Positions 1 to 15,917 of a stretch of 64,000 nt of DNA are shown here, piece after piece. Source of the stretch: an uncultured Methylomirabilota bacterium (GTDB lineage: Bacteria; Methylomirabilota; Methylomirabilia; Methylomirabilales; 2-02-FULL-66-22); the NCBI GenBank assembly GCA_963845565.1, contig CAWJSJ010000002.1, positions 1,120,001 through 1,184,000 on the forward strand. The letters run 5' to 3'. Below the pieces are notes generated by a model that saw only the letters and a program-made list of their open reading frames with translations, was not told the DNA's origin and did not search any database. The translations under genes were made by a program, and so were the position numbers. Position 1 is the first letter of the stretch; each line of letters starts with the position of its first letter.

Positions 1-148
1 CCCGACCATCGCCGGTTTCATCTTGACACGCGCCGGCACGTCGCGCCATGCTTCAGCGGTCGCGAGGCCGGACGCCGGCGGGCGTTCCCCGTCCGACGGT
101 CGCCATTCACCCTATCAGCGGCAGCCGCAGGTGGCAAGGGGTTCTCTG

Positions 149-1142
149 ATGATCCAGACCAGGGCGTATGCGCGGGCGGGGCTGATCGGCAATCCGTCGG
201 ACGGGTACTTCGGCAAGACCATCTCCTTCATCGTCCGGAACTTCAGCGCCACGGTGACCCTCTACGAATCGCCGCGGCTCACCATCCTGCCGCAGCGGTC
301 CGATCGGCTCGAGTTCGCCAACTTCGGCGAGCTGCTCGATGACGTGCAGCTCCACGGGTATTACGGGGGCATTCGGCTCATCAAGGCCGCCATCAAACGT
401 TTCGGCGACTATTGTGCGACGATCGGGGCGCCGATCAACCGCAACTTCACCATCGAGTATCATACCGATATTCCGATCCGGGTGGGGCTGGCGGGCTCCA
501 GCGCCATCGTCACCGCAACGATGCGGGCCCTCATGCAGTTTTTCGGGGTGGAGATCCCCAAGCCCTTGCTTCCGGGCATTATCCTCAGCGTGGAGCTGGA
601 CGAGTTGAAGATCGGCGCGGGGCTCCAGGACCGCGTGATCCAGGTTTATGAGGGCTCGGTTTTCATGGACTTCGACAAGGAGCGGATGGCGCGGGACGGC
701 TACGGCCTGTACGAGCCGCTGGATCCGGGGCTGCTTCCGCCGCTCTACGTCGCGTATCATGACACGCTGGCGGAGGGGACCGAGGTCACTCACAACGATC
801 TCCGCAGCCGCTACAACCGGGGCGAAGAGGCGGTGCACGCAGGAATCAAGCGCTGGGCGGAGCTTACCCAGCAAGCCCGCGATCTGATCCTGGCCGGCCG
901 GGGTCGCGAGATCGGGCCGCTGATGGACGCGAACTTCGACCTGCGGGCGAGCCTGATCCACATCAGTCCAGGCAACCGGGCGCTGGTGGAGACCGGTCGG
1001 AAGCTTGGCGCGGCGGTCAACTTCGCCGGCTCGGGCGGCGCCGTGGTCAGGAAGCTACGACGGCGACCCGGAGCGCCTGCGGCGGCTGGCCGCGGCCTAC
1101 CAGGAACTGGGCGCGAAGCTGATCATTCCGCGGATCGCCTGA
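149..1142 (+). CDS. GHMP-family sugar kinase, glucuronokinase-like (1-nt frameshift near 1049)
   Basis: N-terminus RAYARAGLIGNPSDGYFGKTISF resembles plant glucuronokinase. GHMP motifs IPIRVGLAGSSA, GLQDRVIQVY and GSGGAVV are present. Removing one extra A at ~1049 gives the C-terminus GSYDGDPERLRRLAAAYQELGAKLIIPRIA* (TGA 1140-1142). Confidence 0.8.
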
Positions 1143-1187
1143 CGCGCACAGCGGGACCGGTCCCACACGCTGAGAGGAACAAACCAC

Positions 1188-2115
1188 ATGGCACCGTCCG
1201 AGCATCGCCCCGTGGCCGCCGCCCATCGATCTGGAGTGCGAAAGGCCGTCATCCCCGCCGCCGGTATGGGTACACGGTTTCTACCGGCGACGAAATCCAT
1301 GCCCAAGGAGATGCTCCCGATCGTGGACACGCCCGTCCTGCAGTTCGTCATCGAGGAGGCGGTGGCCAGCGGGATCGACGACATCCTGATCGTCACCGGG
1401 CGGGGCAAGCGCGCCATCGAGAACCACTTCGACTTCAATCCGGAGCTGGAAGCGTTCCTGGCCGAGGCGGGCAAGCGCGAGCTCATCGAGCAGGTGCGCG
1501 ACATCGGCGACCGTGCGCGGATCCACTACATCCGTCAAAAGCAGCAGCTCGGTCTCGGGGATGCGATCCGCCTCGGACGGGACCACGTGGGCGACGAGCC
1601 GTTCGCCGTCCTGCTCGGCGACACGATCATCGATCCGCCCGAGGGGCAAAAGCCAGGCCTACGGCAACTCCTGGACGTCTTCGACGCGAAGCAGGCCAGC
1701 GTGGTGGCGGTGCATCGCGTCCCCCGGGAATGGGTGAGGCGGTACGGGATCGTGGACGGCGAACCCGAAGACGGGCAATCCCGACCTGCTGCGGCTTCGG
1801 CAACTGGTCGAGAAGCCCTCTGTCGACCAGGCGCCGAGCACTCTGGCCATTGCCGGTCGGTACGTCTTCACGCCGGAGATCTTCGACTGCATCGACGCCA
1901 CCGGCCGGGGCGTGGGCGGCGAGATCCAGCTCACCGACGCGATGAACCTCCTGGCCCAGCGTCAGCCGATGTACGCGCTGGCCTGGCAGGCCAAGCGCTA
2001 CGATATCGGCAATCGTGTCGAATACGCCAAGTGCTTTGTGGATTTCGCCCTCCGTCGGCCGGAAACGGCCGCCGCCCTGCGGGAGCATCTTCGCACGGTC
2101 TTGAGAGACCGGTAG
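1188..2115 (+). CDS. galU: UTP-glucose-1-phosphate uridylyltransferase (frameshift at GGG run ~1773-1775)
   Basis: KAVIPAAGMGTRFLPATKSMPKEMLPIVD and LGLGDAI. After the shift: LVEKP...AIAGRYVFTPEIF...GGEIQLTDAM...RYDIGN. Confidence 0.92.
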
Positions 2116-2340
2116 GCCGCTCGGACGGACGGACCCGGGGAATCCGGCGCCGCGCGAGGCCCGTCCGGCATGGAGCCTGTGCTCCGGCCGTCCGCACGCG
2201 ATTCATCTTGCCAGCCCGAGGAACCGACGTTAGCATTTTTCCGCTTGGCACGGCGCCAGACGCCGAGCCGGGACGTCTCCACGGGTGGACACACAGAGCC
2301 ACCACGGCTCGACCGATCGGGAGCAGCGGGAAGATACCGA

Positions 2341-3285
2341 ATGGATACCGGCACAGCCAGCGCACTGCGAGCGCTCGAGGCCAACATCGCGCAGGCCCTG
2401 GTCGGAAAACCGGACGTCGTCCGGCTGGCCATCGTGGCGCTGCTGGCACGGGGGCATCTCTTGATCGAGGACGTGCCCGGCGTGGGGAAGACGACGCTGG
2501 CACATGCCCTTGCCCGCTCGCTGGGCCTGGCGTTCCAGCGCATCCAGTTCACCAGCGACCTCCTCCCCTCCGACATCCTGGGAGTTTCGGTCTTCGACCC
2601 GCGAAAGGCGGAATTCGAGTTCCGACCGGGCCCGATCTTCGCCAACATCATCCTGGCCGATGAGATCAACCGGACCACGCCCAAGACCCAGTCCAGCCTG
2701 CTGGAGGCGATGAACGAAAATCAGGTGTCGCTGGATCACCACACCTATCGGCTGCCCCAGCCGTTCATGGTGCTGGCCACGCAGAATCCGCTCGAATACC
2801 ACGGGACGCACCCACTGCCGGAATCCCAGATGGACCGCTTTCTCCTGCGCATACGCGTCGGGTATCCCGACGAGACGCATGAGCGCCGGCTCCTGCGCGG
2901 AGCAGGCGCCTCGTCCGTGGAGCGACTCCAGCCGGTCCTGGACGTTGAGGCCGTCTTGACGCTGCAGGCCCAGGCGGACGCGGTCACGATTGAGGAAAGC
3001 CTGCTGGGCTATGTGATGGCGATCGTCCAGGCCACCCGCACACACCCGGCGCTGGCCCTGGGAGTGAGTCCCCGAGGATCGTTGGCCCTGGTCCGGGCCG
3101 CCAAGGCGTTGGCCCTCAGCGAGGGCCGGTCCTACTGCGTTCCAGACGATGTCAAGGAGCTTGCAGCGCCCGCTTTCGCACACCGGGTACTGCTGCGCTC
3201 CCGGTGGGACGATCCGGTCGGGGAGACGCCCGGCGCCGAGCAGGTGATCCGCCAGATCCTCCAGGACGTCCCGGTTCCACGGTGA
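2341..3285 (+). CDS. moxR: MoxR-family AAA+ ATPase
   Basis: EDVPGVGKT, RIQFTSDLLPSD, LADEINR, ATQNPLE and LPESQMDRF motifs. Confidence 0.93.
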   Translation: MDTGTASALRALEANIAQALVGKPDVVRLAIVALLARGHLLIEDVPGVGKTTLAHALARSLGLAFQRIQFTSDLLPSDILGVSVFDPRKAEFEFRPGPIFANIILADEINRTTPKTQSSLLEAMNENQVSLDHHTYRLPQPFMVLATQNPLEYHGTHPLPESQMDRFLLRIRVGYPDETHERRLLRGAGASSVERLQPVLDVEAVLTLQAQADAVTIEESLLGYVMAIVQATRTHPALALGVSPRGSLALVRAAKALALSEGRSYCVPDDVKELAAPAFAHRVLLRSRWDDPVGETPGAEQVIRQILQDVPVPR

Positions 3286-3295
3286 GGGTCGCGCA

Positions 3296-4387
3296 GTGAG
3301 CGTCGCGCACCACGAGCCGCCTCCGCCGACGCGAAACGCCGGCGCCCCGTCATCCGTCGCTGCGCCCAGACCGTCACGCCCAGGGTACTGGCTTCCGCGC
3401 ACTATCCGCCCGACGCCAGCCGGCTGGGGGTTCATCGGTGCCACGCTGGTGATCGGGCTGGCGGCCACCAATACCGGCAACAACCTGCTGTACCTGATCC
3501 TGGCCATGATGCTCTCGCTGATGGCCGTCTCCGGCCTGCTGTCGGAGCAGACCCTGCGGCGCATCCGGTTGCACCGGGAACTGCCGGGTCGCCTCTTTGC
3601 GGGCACGCCGGGCACCTTCGGCGTCCGCGTGGTCAACGGCAAGCGGCACCTTCCCTCCTACGCCCTCTTTTTGGGCGAGCCGGAGCCGAGCGGTCGCTCG
3701 GCGGCGGCGCGCTTCTTCCTGACGATCCCGCCCCGGGGGTGCGAGCACTGGCGGTATGACCTGACGTTCGCACGGCGGGGCCGGCACCGCCTTCCGGGGC
3801 TGCGCCTGTCCACACGCTTTCCCTTCGGTTTGTTTGCCAAGATCAGCCGCCCATTGCACGACGATTCCGTTCTCGTCTATCCCGCCGTGCGCCCTCTCGC
3901 CCCGCAGGAGATCCCGCCCGCCCTGGAGGCCGGCTGGCGGGAGCGGTATCGGCGCGGCGGAGGGATCGGCCTCTACAATCTGCGCCCCTACCGCGCGGGG
4001 GACGATCCCAGGCAAGTCCACTGGAAGACATCGGCGCGCGTGGGGGAACTGATCCTCAAAGAAGCGCAGGAGGAGGATCGACCCCGTATCCGGCTGACCG
4101 TCGAGGATCCGCCTGCGGCCACCCCGGTGGACGCGATCGAGGCGGACCTGAGCTATGTCGCGTCCCTGGCGGCTCATGCCATCCGGCAGGGCTCCCTGGT
4201 GGAGCTGGTGGTCGGGGATGGCGGTACGGGCTTCGGAACGGGCGAGCCCCATCTGGACCGGATGCTGGCGCGCTTGGCACTGTACACCGTCCCGGCAGTG
4301 CCGCGCCCGGGGCGGGCTTTCGGCGACGCAGGGCGCGAGGTGCAGGTGCGGCTCGGCACGGCACGGAATCCGAGGGTGGGGCGATGA
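3296..4387 (+). CDS. DUF58 domain protein
   Basis: N-terminal TM segment with AATNTGNNLLYL, plus FPFGLF and LRPYRAGDDPRQVHWKTSAR. Canonical position after moxR. Confidence 0.88.
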   Translation: MSVAHHEPPPPTRNAGAPSSVAAPRPSRPGYWLPRTIRPTPAGWGFIGATLVIGLAATNTGNNLLYLILAMMLSLMAVSGLLSEQTLRRIRLHRELPGRLFAGTPGTFGVRVVNGKRHLPSYALFLGEPEPSGRSAAARFFLTIPPRGCEHWRYDLTFARRGRHRLPGLRLSTRFPFGLFAKISRPLHDDSVLVYPAVRPLAPQEIPPALEAGWRERYRRGGGIGLYNLRPYRAGDDPRQVHWKTSARVGELILKEAQEEDRPRIRLTVEDPPAATPVDAIEADLSYVASLAAHAIRQGSLVELVVGDGGTGFGTGEPHLDRMLARLALYTVPAVPRPGRAFGDAGREVQVRLGTARNPRVGR

Positions 4388-6507
4388 GCCCCCCGCTGTT
4401 CTTCCAGGCCATCCTCCGCCTGCTGGTGCTGACCGCCCTGGGCGCCCTGTACCTCGCGGAGGTCGCGAGCCTTTCCGCGCTGGGAGGCGTCGCGGCGCTG
4501 GCGCTGGGAAGCTGGTGGGCGGAGGAGCTCCGGGTCGCCGTTCCCGGCGTCCGCCGGATCTGGGACGTGTGCACTGTCGCTTTCCTGGGCTATGCGACGC
4601 TCGACCTGCTGGTCTTGGCCGACTCGTTCATCGTGGCGGTGATCCACCTGCTCCTCTTTTTGATGATCTACAAACTGTACAACGCCCAGGGCCACCGCGA
4701 CTTCCTCCATCTCTTCGTTCTGACGTTTCTGGCGTTGGTGGCCGCCTCGACGCTGACAGCGCATTTCGGAATGCTGCTGGTCTTCTCTCTGTACATGATC
4801 CTGGCGATCTGGGGGCTCGCCCTGCTCCAATTGAAACGGGAGACCGAGCTTCACCTTCCGGAGCGAAGCCGCGACCTCTTAGGGGCGCCGGGACTGGTCG
4901 CGCCCAGCTTCCTGATCAGTGGCTTCGGGATGGCCGTCCTGGCCCTGGTGCTCACGCTGGGCATCTTCTTTCTCATCCCACGCGTCGGCCGGACGTTCCT
5001 GTCGCTGCGCGGTCCGCTCGGTACGCAGGCGACCGGGTTTACCGACCGAGTGGATCTCGGGATATACGGTGCGATCCAGACCGATCCGACCGTCGTCATG
5101 CGGATCAGCTTCCCCGAGGATCCGAACGCGCCGGCGCGGTCTCCCGATCTGCGCTGGCGGGGCGTGGCCTTCGACCGATTCGACGGGCGCGCCTGGTCGC
5201 TGGCCGATTCGGGCCGGACGCCCGCCCGCCAGATACGCGAGGGGCAGTACTCGGTCTCCCCGTTTGCCGTCGGCTTACCCTTCATCAGTGCCGAGATCTT
5301 CCTGGAGCCTATCGGGACCGACGTCCTCTTCGGCCCGCCCCGGCTGCGCGCGATCCAGGGCCGCCTGCCAGGCGTGCGGGTTAATGGCGCCGGCGGCGTG
5401 ACGCTGCCGTTTCCTCCGAACTCGCGACTCCGGTACCTCGCCGTGTCACAGCCGGAACGGGTCCGGGACGATGCGCTACGGCACGCGACTCGCCCCAGCG
5501 ACTACCCGGCAGAGATTCGGGCCGCCTACCTCCAGCTTCCGGCGCTGCCGGCGCGTATCCGCGCATTGGCCGAGTCGCTGTCCGCCGAGGCGGCAACGCC
5601 TATCGACGCGGTCCGAACGGTGGAGGCGTATCTGGTCGAGCATCAGCGTTACAGTCTCGACCTGGGACGGGACGCGGGCCGGGACCCGCTGGAGGACTTT
5701 CTCTTCGAGCGAAAGACGGGCAACTGCGAGTACTTCGCCGCCAGCCTGGTGGTCCTGCTGCGAGCCATGGGGATTCCCGCGCGCGTGGTCAACGGGTTTC
5801 AGCGGGGAGAGTGGAACGAGGTGGGGCAATACTTGGCGGTGCGCCAGCGGGATGCGCACTCGTGGGCGGAAGTCTTTTTTCCGAACGCGGGGTGGGTGAC
5901 GTTCGATCCGTCGCCCCGCGCGGCCTTCGAGGGGCAGGTCTTCGGGGCGAGCGGCCGAGTCGGAAAGTACTTCGACTCCTTACGCTGGCGCTGGAATCGG
6001 TACGTGGTGGACTACAATGTTGGGGACCAGGCCGCGGTGGCGATCCGCCTGCGACAGCAGTCAGTGGCGCTGCGGCGCGGCCTCACGCAGGCGTGGGACC
6101 GGTGGTCCTTTGAGGCGTATCGCAGCGCGCGAAGGTATTGGCGGAGCTACGCGTACCTCGTGTCGGCGCTGGTCGTCCTGGTGGCCGCGGCGACCATGCT
6201 CGTACGCCGCACACCGCTCGCCGGGCGTGGTGCCGACTGGCTCCTTGCCATGCGGCTACGGAGATCCCCGGTGGCCTTCTACGAGCGCATGCTCCGCGTT
6301 CTGAGGCGGCGCGGTTGTCCGCGGCCGCCTGCGGTGACCGCTCGGGAGTTTCTCGCGGGCCTCCGCGAGCGGCCGCAACTCTTCGAGCCGGCTGCCGAGT
6401 TGACCGTCCTGTACGAACAGGTCCGCTTCGGCGGATGCGCCCTCACGGCCGACGACGGACGGCGTGCGGCGGTCCTCCTCAGACAACTTGAGGCCGCGCC
6501 GCGGTAA
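4384..6507 (+). CDS. DUF3488 / transglutaminase-like membrane protein (TgpA family, C-terminal DUF4129-like)
   Basis: Multi-TM N-terminus; RWRGVAFDRFDG; catalytic motifs GNCEYFA, AHSWAEV and WVTFDPSP. Confidence 0.88.
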   Translation: MSPPLFFQAILRLLVLTALGALYLAEVASLSALGGVAALALGSWWAEELRVAVPGVRRIWDVCTVAFLGYATLDLLVLADSFIVAVIHLLLFLMIYKLYNAQGHRDFLHLFVLTFLALVAASTLTAHFGMLLVFSLYMILAIWGLALLQLKRETELHLPERSRDLLGAPGLVAPSFLISGFGMAVLALVLTLGIFFLIPRVGRTFLSLRGPLGTQATGFTDRVDLGIYGAIQTDPTVVMRISFPEDPNAPARSPDLRWRGVAFDRFDGRAWSLADSGRTPARQIREGQYSVSPFAVGLPFISAEIFLEPIGTDVLFGPPRLRAIQGRLPGVRVNGAGGVTLPFPPNSRLRYLAVSQPERVRDDALRHATRPSDYPAEIRAAYLQLPALPARIRALAESLSAEAATPIDAVRTVEAYLVEHQRYSLDLGRDAGRDPLEDFLFERKTGNCEYFAASLVVLLRAMGIPARVVNGFQRGEWNEVGQYLAVRQRDAHSWAEVFFPNAGWVTFDPSPRAAFEGQVFGASGRVGKYFDSLRWRWNRYVVDYNVGDQAAVAIRLRQQSVALRRGLTQAWDRWSFEAYRSARRYWRSYAYLVSALVVLVAAATMLVRRTPLAGRGADWLLAMRLRRSPVAFYERMLRVLRRRGCPRPPAVTAREFLAGLRERPQLFEPAAELTVLYEQVRFGGCALTADDGRRAAVLLRQLEAAPR

Positions 6508-6510
6508 TGC

Positions 6511-6586
6511 GTCGGTAGGCCGTCCGGCGGTCCGGCGGTCCAGAGAAACGGAGCCTCGCCCACCCGAACCGCCGAACCGCCAGCCG
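6511..6586. repeat. Intergenic octamer-repeat imperfect hairpin between convergent genes
   Basis: CGGCGGTC x2 on the left and CCGAACCG x2 on the right, in inverted orientation. Confidence 0.5.
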
Positions 6587-6591
6587 TTCTG

Positions 6592-7206
<615 letters not shown>

Positions 7207-7478
7207 GGCGTTCCTCCTTGATGAGCAATTTTCCCGTCGCATGCCACGTGCCGCGAAGCGCATCCTACTCAGCCACCGGCCCGTACGCAACCGGAATCGC
7301 GCCGAGGACGAGACGACCCCGGGTGTGGCGAGGAGCGTACCAACCGGAAACAGAGGGCGCGAAAACCTTGACAACGCGGGTGGTCCAAGGCGATGCTCAC
7401 GCCACTCACGGACGGTGGGGCGCGCCGAAAGGGGCGCCCGAAACGCAGCGGGGTCGAATCAGCAGGGGAGAAAGGAAC

Positions 7479-9062
7479 ATGCTCAACACGCCGAGAGGGA
7501 CGCAGGGCATGGTCGTGGCGCCGCATCACCTGGCCGCGCAGGCGGGCCTGGCCGTACTACGGGAGGGTGGGAATGCCGTCGAGGCCATGGTCGCCGCCGC
7601 CAGCACCGTCGCGGTGGTCTACCCGCACATGAACAGCATCGGCGGGGACAACTTCTGGCTGATTGCCGAGCCGGGGCGAGAACCGGTGGCCATCATGGCC
7701 TGCGGGGGCGCCGGCGAGAAGGCCACCGCGGAGTTCTACCGCGGGCACGCGAGCATCCCGACGCGCGGGCCGCTGGCGGCGAACACGGTGGCGGGGGCGA
7801 TCTCGGGTTGGGATGCGGCGCTGGCGGTGAGCAAGCGGTGGGGCGGGCGGCTGCCGCTGGGCCGGATTCTGGCGGACGCGGTTTCTTACGGCCGGAACGG
7901 CGCTCCTGTGACGGTGAGCCAGCACAAGAACACCACCGCCAAACTCCCCGAACTGAAAGATGTCCCAGGCTACGCCGGGCAGTTCCTGGTGAACGGGGCG
8001 CCCCCCGCGGTGGCGTCGCTCTTCCGTCAGCCACGGCTGGCGGCCACGCTCGAGCGTTTGGCCCGGGCGGGGCTCGACGACTTTTACCGGGGGGAGATCG
8101 CGGCGGCCAACGCGGCTGATCTGGCGCGGATCGGGAGCCCGGTGACGGCCGCGGACCTCCGGGCGCACCGCGCCCTGGAAACCACGCCGCTGCGCGTGAA
8201 CTTGCGGTCCGGGGTCGTCTATAACGTGCCTCCGCCGACGCAGGGGCTGGCGTCGCTCATGATCCTGGGCGCGTTCGACCGCTTGGGATGCGCCGAGGCC
8301 GAGGGCTTCCCGTTCCTCCATGGACTGGTGGAGTCCACCAAGCAGGCATTCCTGGTACGCGATCGCGTGGTCACGGATCCGGCGTACATGGCGGACGATC
8401 CCGCCGGCTTCCTCACCGACTCCCGGTTGGCGGAGATGGCCGGGCGGATTGACCCGCAGCGAGCCCTCCCGTGGCCCGCGCCCGCGCAGAGCGGGGATAC
8501 CGTGTGGCTGGGGGTCATTGACGGGCAGGGACGGGCCGTGAGCCTGATCCAGAGCATCTACTGGGAATTTGGCTCAGGAGTGGTCCTCGCTGATACGGGC
8601 GTGCTCTGGCAGAATCGCGGCGTGAGCTTCTCGCTTTCGGACACGGCGCTGAACGTCCTCCGGCCGGGGCGGAAACCCTTCCACACGCTCAACCCCGCCA
8701 TGGCCCAGCTCGCGGATGGTCGGCTGATGGTCTATGGAACCATGGGTGGGGAGGGGCAGCCCCAGACGCAGGCGGCCATCTTCGCCCGGCATGTCCTGTT
8801 CGGGCAAGAACTGCAGGCGGCCGTTACCGCGCCGCGCTGGCTGCTGGGGCGGACCTGGGGAGCGGCCAGCACGAACCTGAAGCTGGAGAGCCGATTCGAT
8901 CCCTCGGTGATCGAGGCGCTCCGGAAAGCCGGCCACGACGTCGAGGTGGTGGCGCCCTTCACCGATATCATGGGTCACGCCGGCGGCATCGTCCGGCACC
9001 CGTCGGGCGTTCTGGAAGGCGCCGCCGACCCGCGAGGCGACGGAGTGGTGGCGGCGTTCTAG
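7479..9062 (+). CDS. Gamma-glutamyltransferase family protein, oxamate amidohydrolase HpxW-like
   Basis: GMVVAPHHLA, VVYPHMNSIGGD, autoprocessing site G-D-T-V-W, SLIQSIYWEFGSG, PFHTLNP, GTMGGEGQPQTQ, RWLLGRTWG. Confidence 0.88.
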   Translation: MLNTPRGTQGMVVAPHHLAAQAGLAVLREGGNAVEAMVAAASTVAVVYPHMNSIGGDNFWLIAEPGREPVAIMACGGAGEKATAEFYRGHASIPTRGPLAANTVAGAISGWDAALAVSKRWGGRLPLGRILADAVSYGRNGAPVTVSQHKNTTAKLPELKDVPGYAGQFLVNGAPPAVASLFRQPRLAATLERLARAGLDDFYRGEIAAANAADLARIGSPVTAADLRAHRALETTPLRVNLRSGVVYNVPPPTQGLASLMILGAFDRLGCAEAEGFPFLHGLVESTKQAFLVRDRVVTDPAYMADDPAGFLTDSRLAEMAGRIDPQRALPWPAPAQSGDTVWLGVIDGQGRAVSLIQSIYWEFGSGVVLADTGVLWQNRGVSFSLSDTALNVLRPGRKPFHTLNPAMAQLADGRLMVYGTMGGEGQPQTQAAIFARHVLFGQELQAAVTAPRWLLGRTWGAASTNLKLESRFDPSVIEALRKAGHDVEVVAPFTDIMGHAGGIVRHPSGVLEGAADPRGDGVVAAF

Positions 9063-9232
9063 ACCGTCTCCGCCGTGCCTGGTGCCGCAGATACTCCCCG
9101 GCATCCCGGGGGCGTGGCCTGCACGCGGCCGCAGGGGCACCCCGGCGCCTCCCGTCGGGCGTGCGAGACGGCCCGCGGCCCGGTCGTCGCGCGGCCCCCA
9201 AGAGCAGATTCTTCACCTCACCTCGCCCACCA

Positions 9233-10315
9233 TTACCACCACCTCAGCTGTCTGGCGGCGTGGCAGCGGGTAAAGACTCGCAGGAAATTGAGGCCCATGA
9301 AGGCCGAAATCTCCAAAGTTCCGAGCCCGCCGGCCCGCATGGCATCGGTCAGCAAGCCGACATCGCCGATATCTTCCCATCCCTGAATCCTGTCAGGCAG
9401 CCCGCCGCCGCCGTCGGTCCCCAGGCCGATATGCCGCATTCCAAAATACATTTTGAAGACCTTGATCTCCTCGACCCAGTCAGCGAAGGTCAGGCGGTTG
9501 ACCGGATTGCCGCCAATGGCGAGCGGCCAGGTGCACACGACCCCGCCCGTCTCTACTATCGCGGCCATTTCATCGTAAAGCCGCAGGCGTCCGGGGCCTC
9601 TGCTTGTTACATTCGGGGGCAGGGGGCTCGTGTGGGAGTCGATGATGGGCGCGCGTGCGCACGCCGCGACGTCGAACAATGTCTGCGTGCTTGCGTGCGC
9701 CACGTCGACGACCATGCCCAGCCTGTTCATGCGCGCGACGACCTGGCGCCCGAAATCGGTCAGCCCCCCGTCGCTTGAATCGGAGGAGCTGTAACGCCGC
9801 ATATCGTGGCCGATCGCGTTGTCGCCGCTTCGGTTCACGGTGCCGTGGACAAGGGTGATCATGCGGACGCCCAGGTTGTAGAACTCGTTCACGCGTTCTA
9901 TCTCTGTCCCGATCGCGTCCCCGGCCTCGATGGCGAGGATCGCATGGATCGGCCCCCTGGGGTTCGGCTGCAACGGGATATCGCGGGGCTGCCGTACGAT
10001 CCTGACGAGCCCCGCCGCCTCGAGGTCGTGTACGAGCTGGATGCTCTCCAGCGCCTTGATATAGGCCGAGTCGGCCCCGACCGCGGTGTAGTTGTCCCCC
10101 ATGACGGCGATCGTTGTGGCCGAGAGTTTCGCGCTACGAATCGCATCGAACGTGTGCTCCGCCGTGCCAGGCACATGGGCGTGCGCGTCGATGATCGGGA
10201 TGGCGAGCATCGGCAGGAGTTCCTGAGCGGACAACCGTCCCACCGGCAAGGCGCTCAAGGCTCCCGCGGACAACCCGTAGCGCACCACCTTGGACAGAAA
10301 CTCTCTTCGCTCCAT
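9233..10315 (-). CDS. Membrane dipeptidase (peptidase M19) with Tat-type signal
   Basis: MERREFL twin-arginine leader; IDAHAH, LAIEAG, GLTDFGRQVVARMNRLGMVVDVAHAS, DSHT, HIGLGTD. Confidence 0.85.
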   Translation of the reverse strand: MERREFLSKVVRYGLSAGALSALPVGRLSAQELLPMLAIPIIDAHAHVPGTAEHTFDAIRSAKLSATTIAVMGDNYTAVGADSAYIKALESIQLVHDLEAAGLVRIVRQPRDIPLQPNPRGPIHAILAIEAGDAIGTEIERVNEFYNLGVRMITLVHGTVNRSGDNAIGHDMRRYSSSDSSDGGLTDFGRQVVARMNRLGMVVDVAHASTQTLFDVAACARAPIIDSHTSPLPPNVTSRGPGRLRLYDEMAAIVETGGVVCTWPLAIGGNPVNRLTFADWVEEIKVFKMYFGMRHIGLGTDGGGGLPDRIQGWEDIGDVGLLTDAMRAGGLGTLEISAFMGLNFLRVFTRCHAARQLRWW

Positions 10316-10658
10316 AGGGACCTCCTCTCTCGGGAAAACAAAAAGCCAAGGCACCCGAAACGGGTGCTTGGCCGTCAAACGCGACAGGGGGATGATCTCG
10401 TCATCCGGACTCTCCTGCCGAGGCGTCTTCACATGAGAGCGAACCGAATGTAGCAGCGCGTCAAACGCGGCGTCAAGAAAATAGGGGCTCCTCGTGATTT
10501 GTGATCCTACGCAGGACCGCTCAGTGTACGGCGCGGCGGCGACTGGCGTCAGGTCTGCCGAACCGCCGCGCGGCGATATCGCATCTGCCACGCGGCGCGT
10601 GTGGCTTTATGGCCAGGGAGTCTCCTCTGCTCACCTCGTCTCGCCCGCGCGGCAGAGA

Positions 10659-12301
<1,643 letters not shown>

Positions 12302-12618
12302 TTCCACCTCCCGTGCCATCTCAGGTGAAGTTACCCAGGTTGCGTGCATCCTCGAACGAGGGTGCTCGCCGCCACCTTCCTGGTTCCGCGTCACAGATCG
12401 TGGGCGCCGCCGAGTCGAGCCGCGGCGCGCCCGCTCCTCGAGCACGAATGGCGTCGGCCGCTCCTCGGGGAGGCGCGGGCGACGGATGTCGCGCGAACTC
12501 CGAAAGCGACCCGAACACGCCTGCGGCGAAAACCGCTCCGCCTGTGTGTGATGGCACAATAGTCACGGGTGGATCGTGTCAAGGTCCGGGGCCTCGCCGT
12601 CCGGGGCCCTGCGTGGCG

Positions 12619-15768
<3,150 letters not shown>

Positions 15769-15917
15769 CTACCCCAGGCTCATAGGCCGAAACATTTCGC
15801 CACAAAAGGCACAAGACACACAAATGGCTCCATCGTCTGGAGCTGTCGGCGAGACTGCACGAAAGAAATGATCCTCGCGCCGAGGGTTCAGTCGAGAGAT
15901 ACTGCTGCGAGGATCTC

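Noticed and set aside
23..1945. 640-aa ORF suggesting a kinase-nucleotidyltransferase fusion
   Set aside because: The extension after GSGGAVV is out-of-frame readthrough caused by a 1-nt insertion. It is not in the GalU frame, and galU has its own RBS and start.
15799..15825. CACAAAAGGCACAAGACACACAAA 9-mer-like repeat between imuB and dnaE2
   Set aside because: Too short and single in this window to support a feature.
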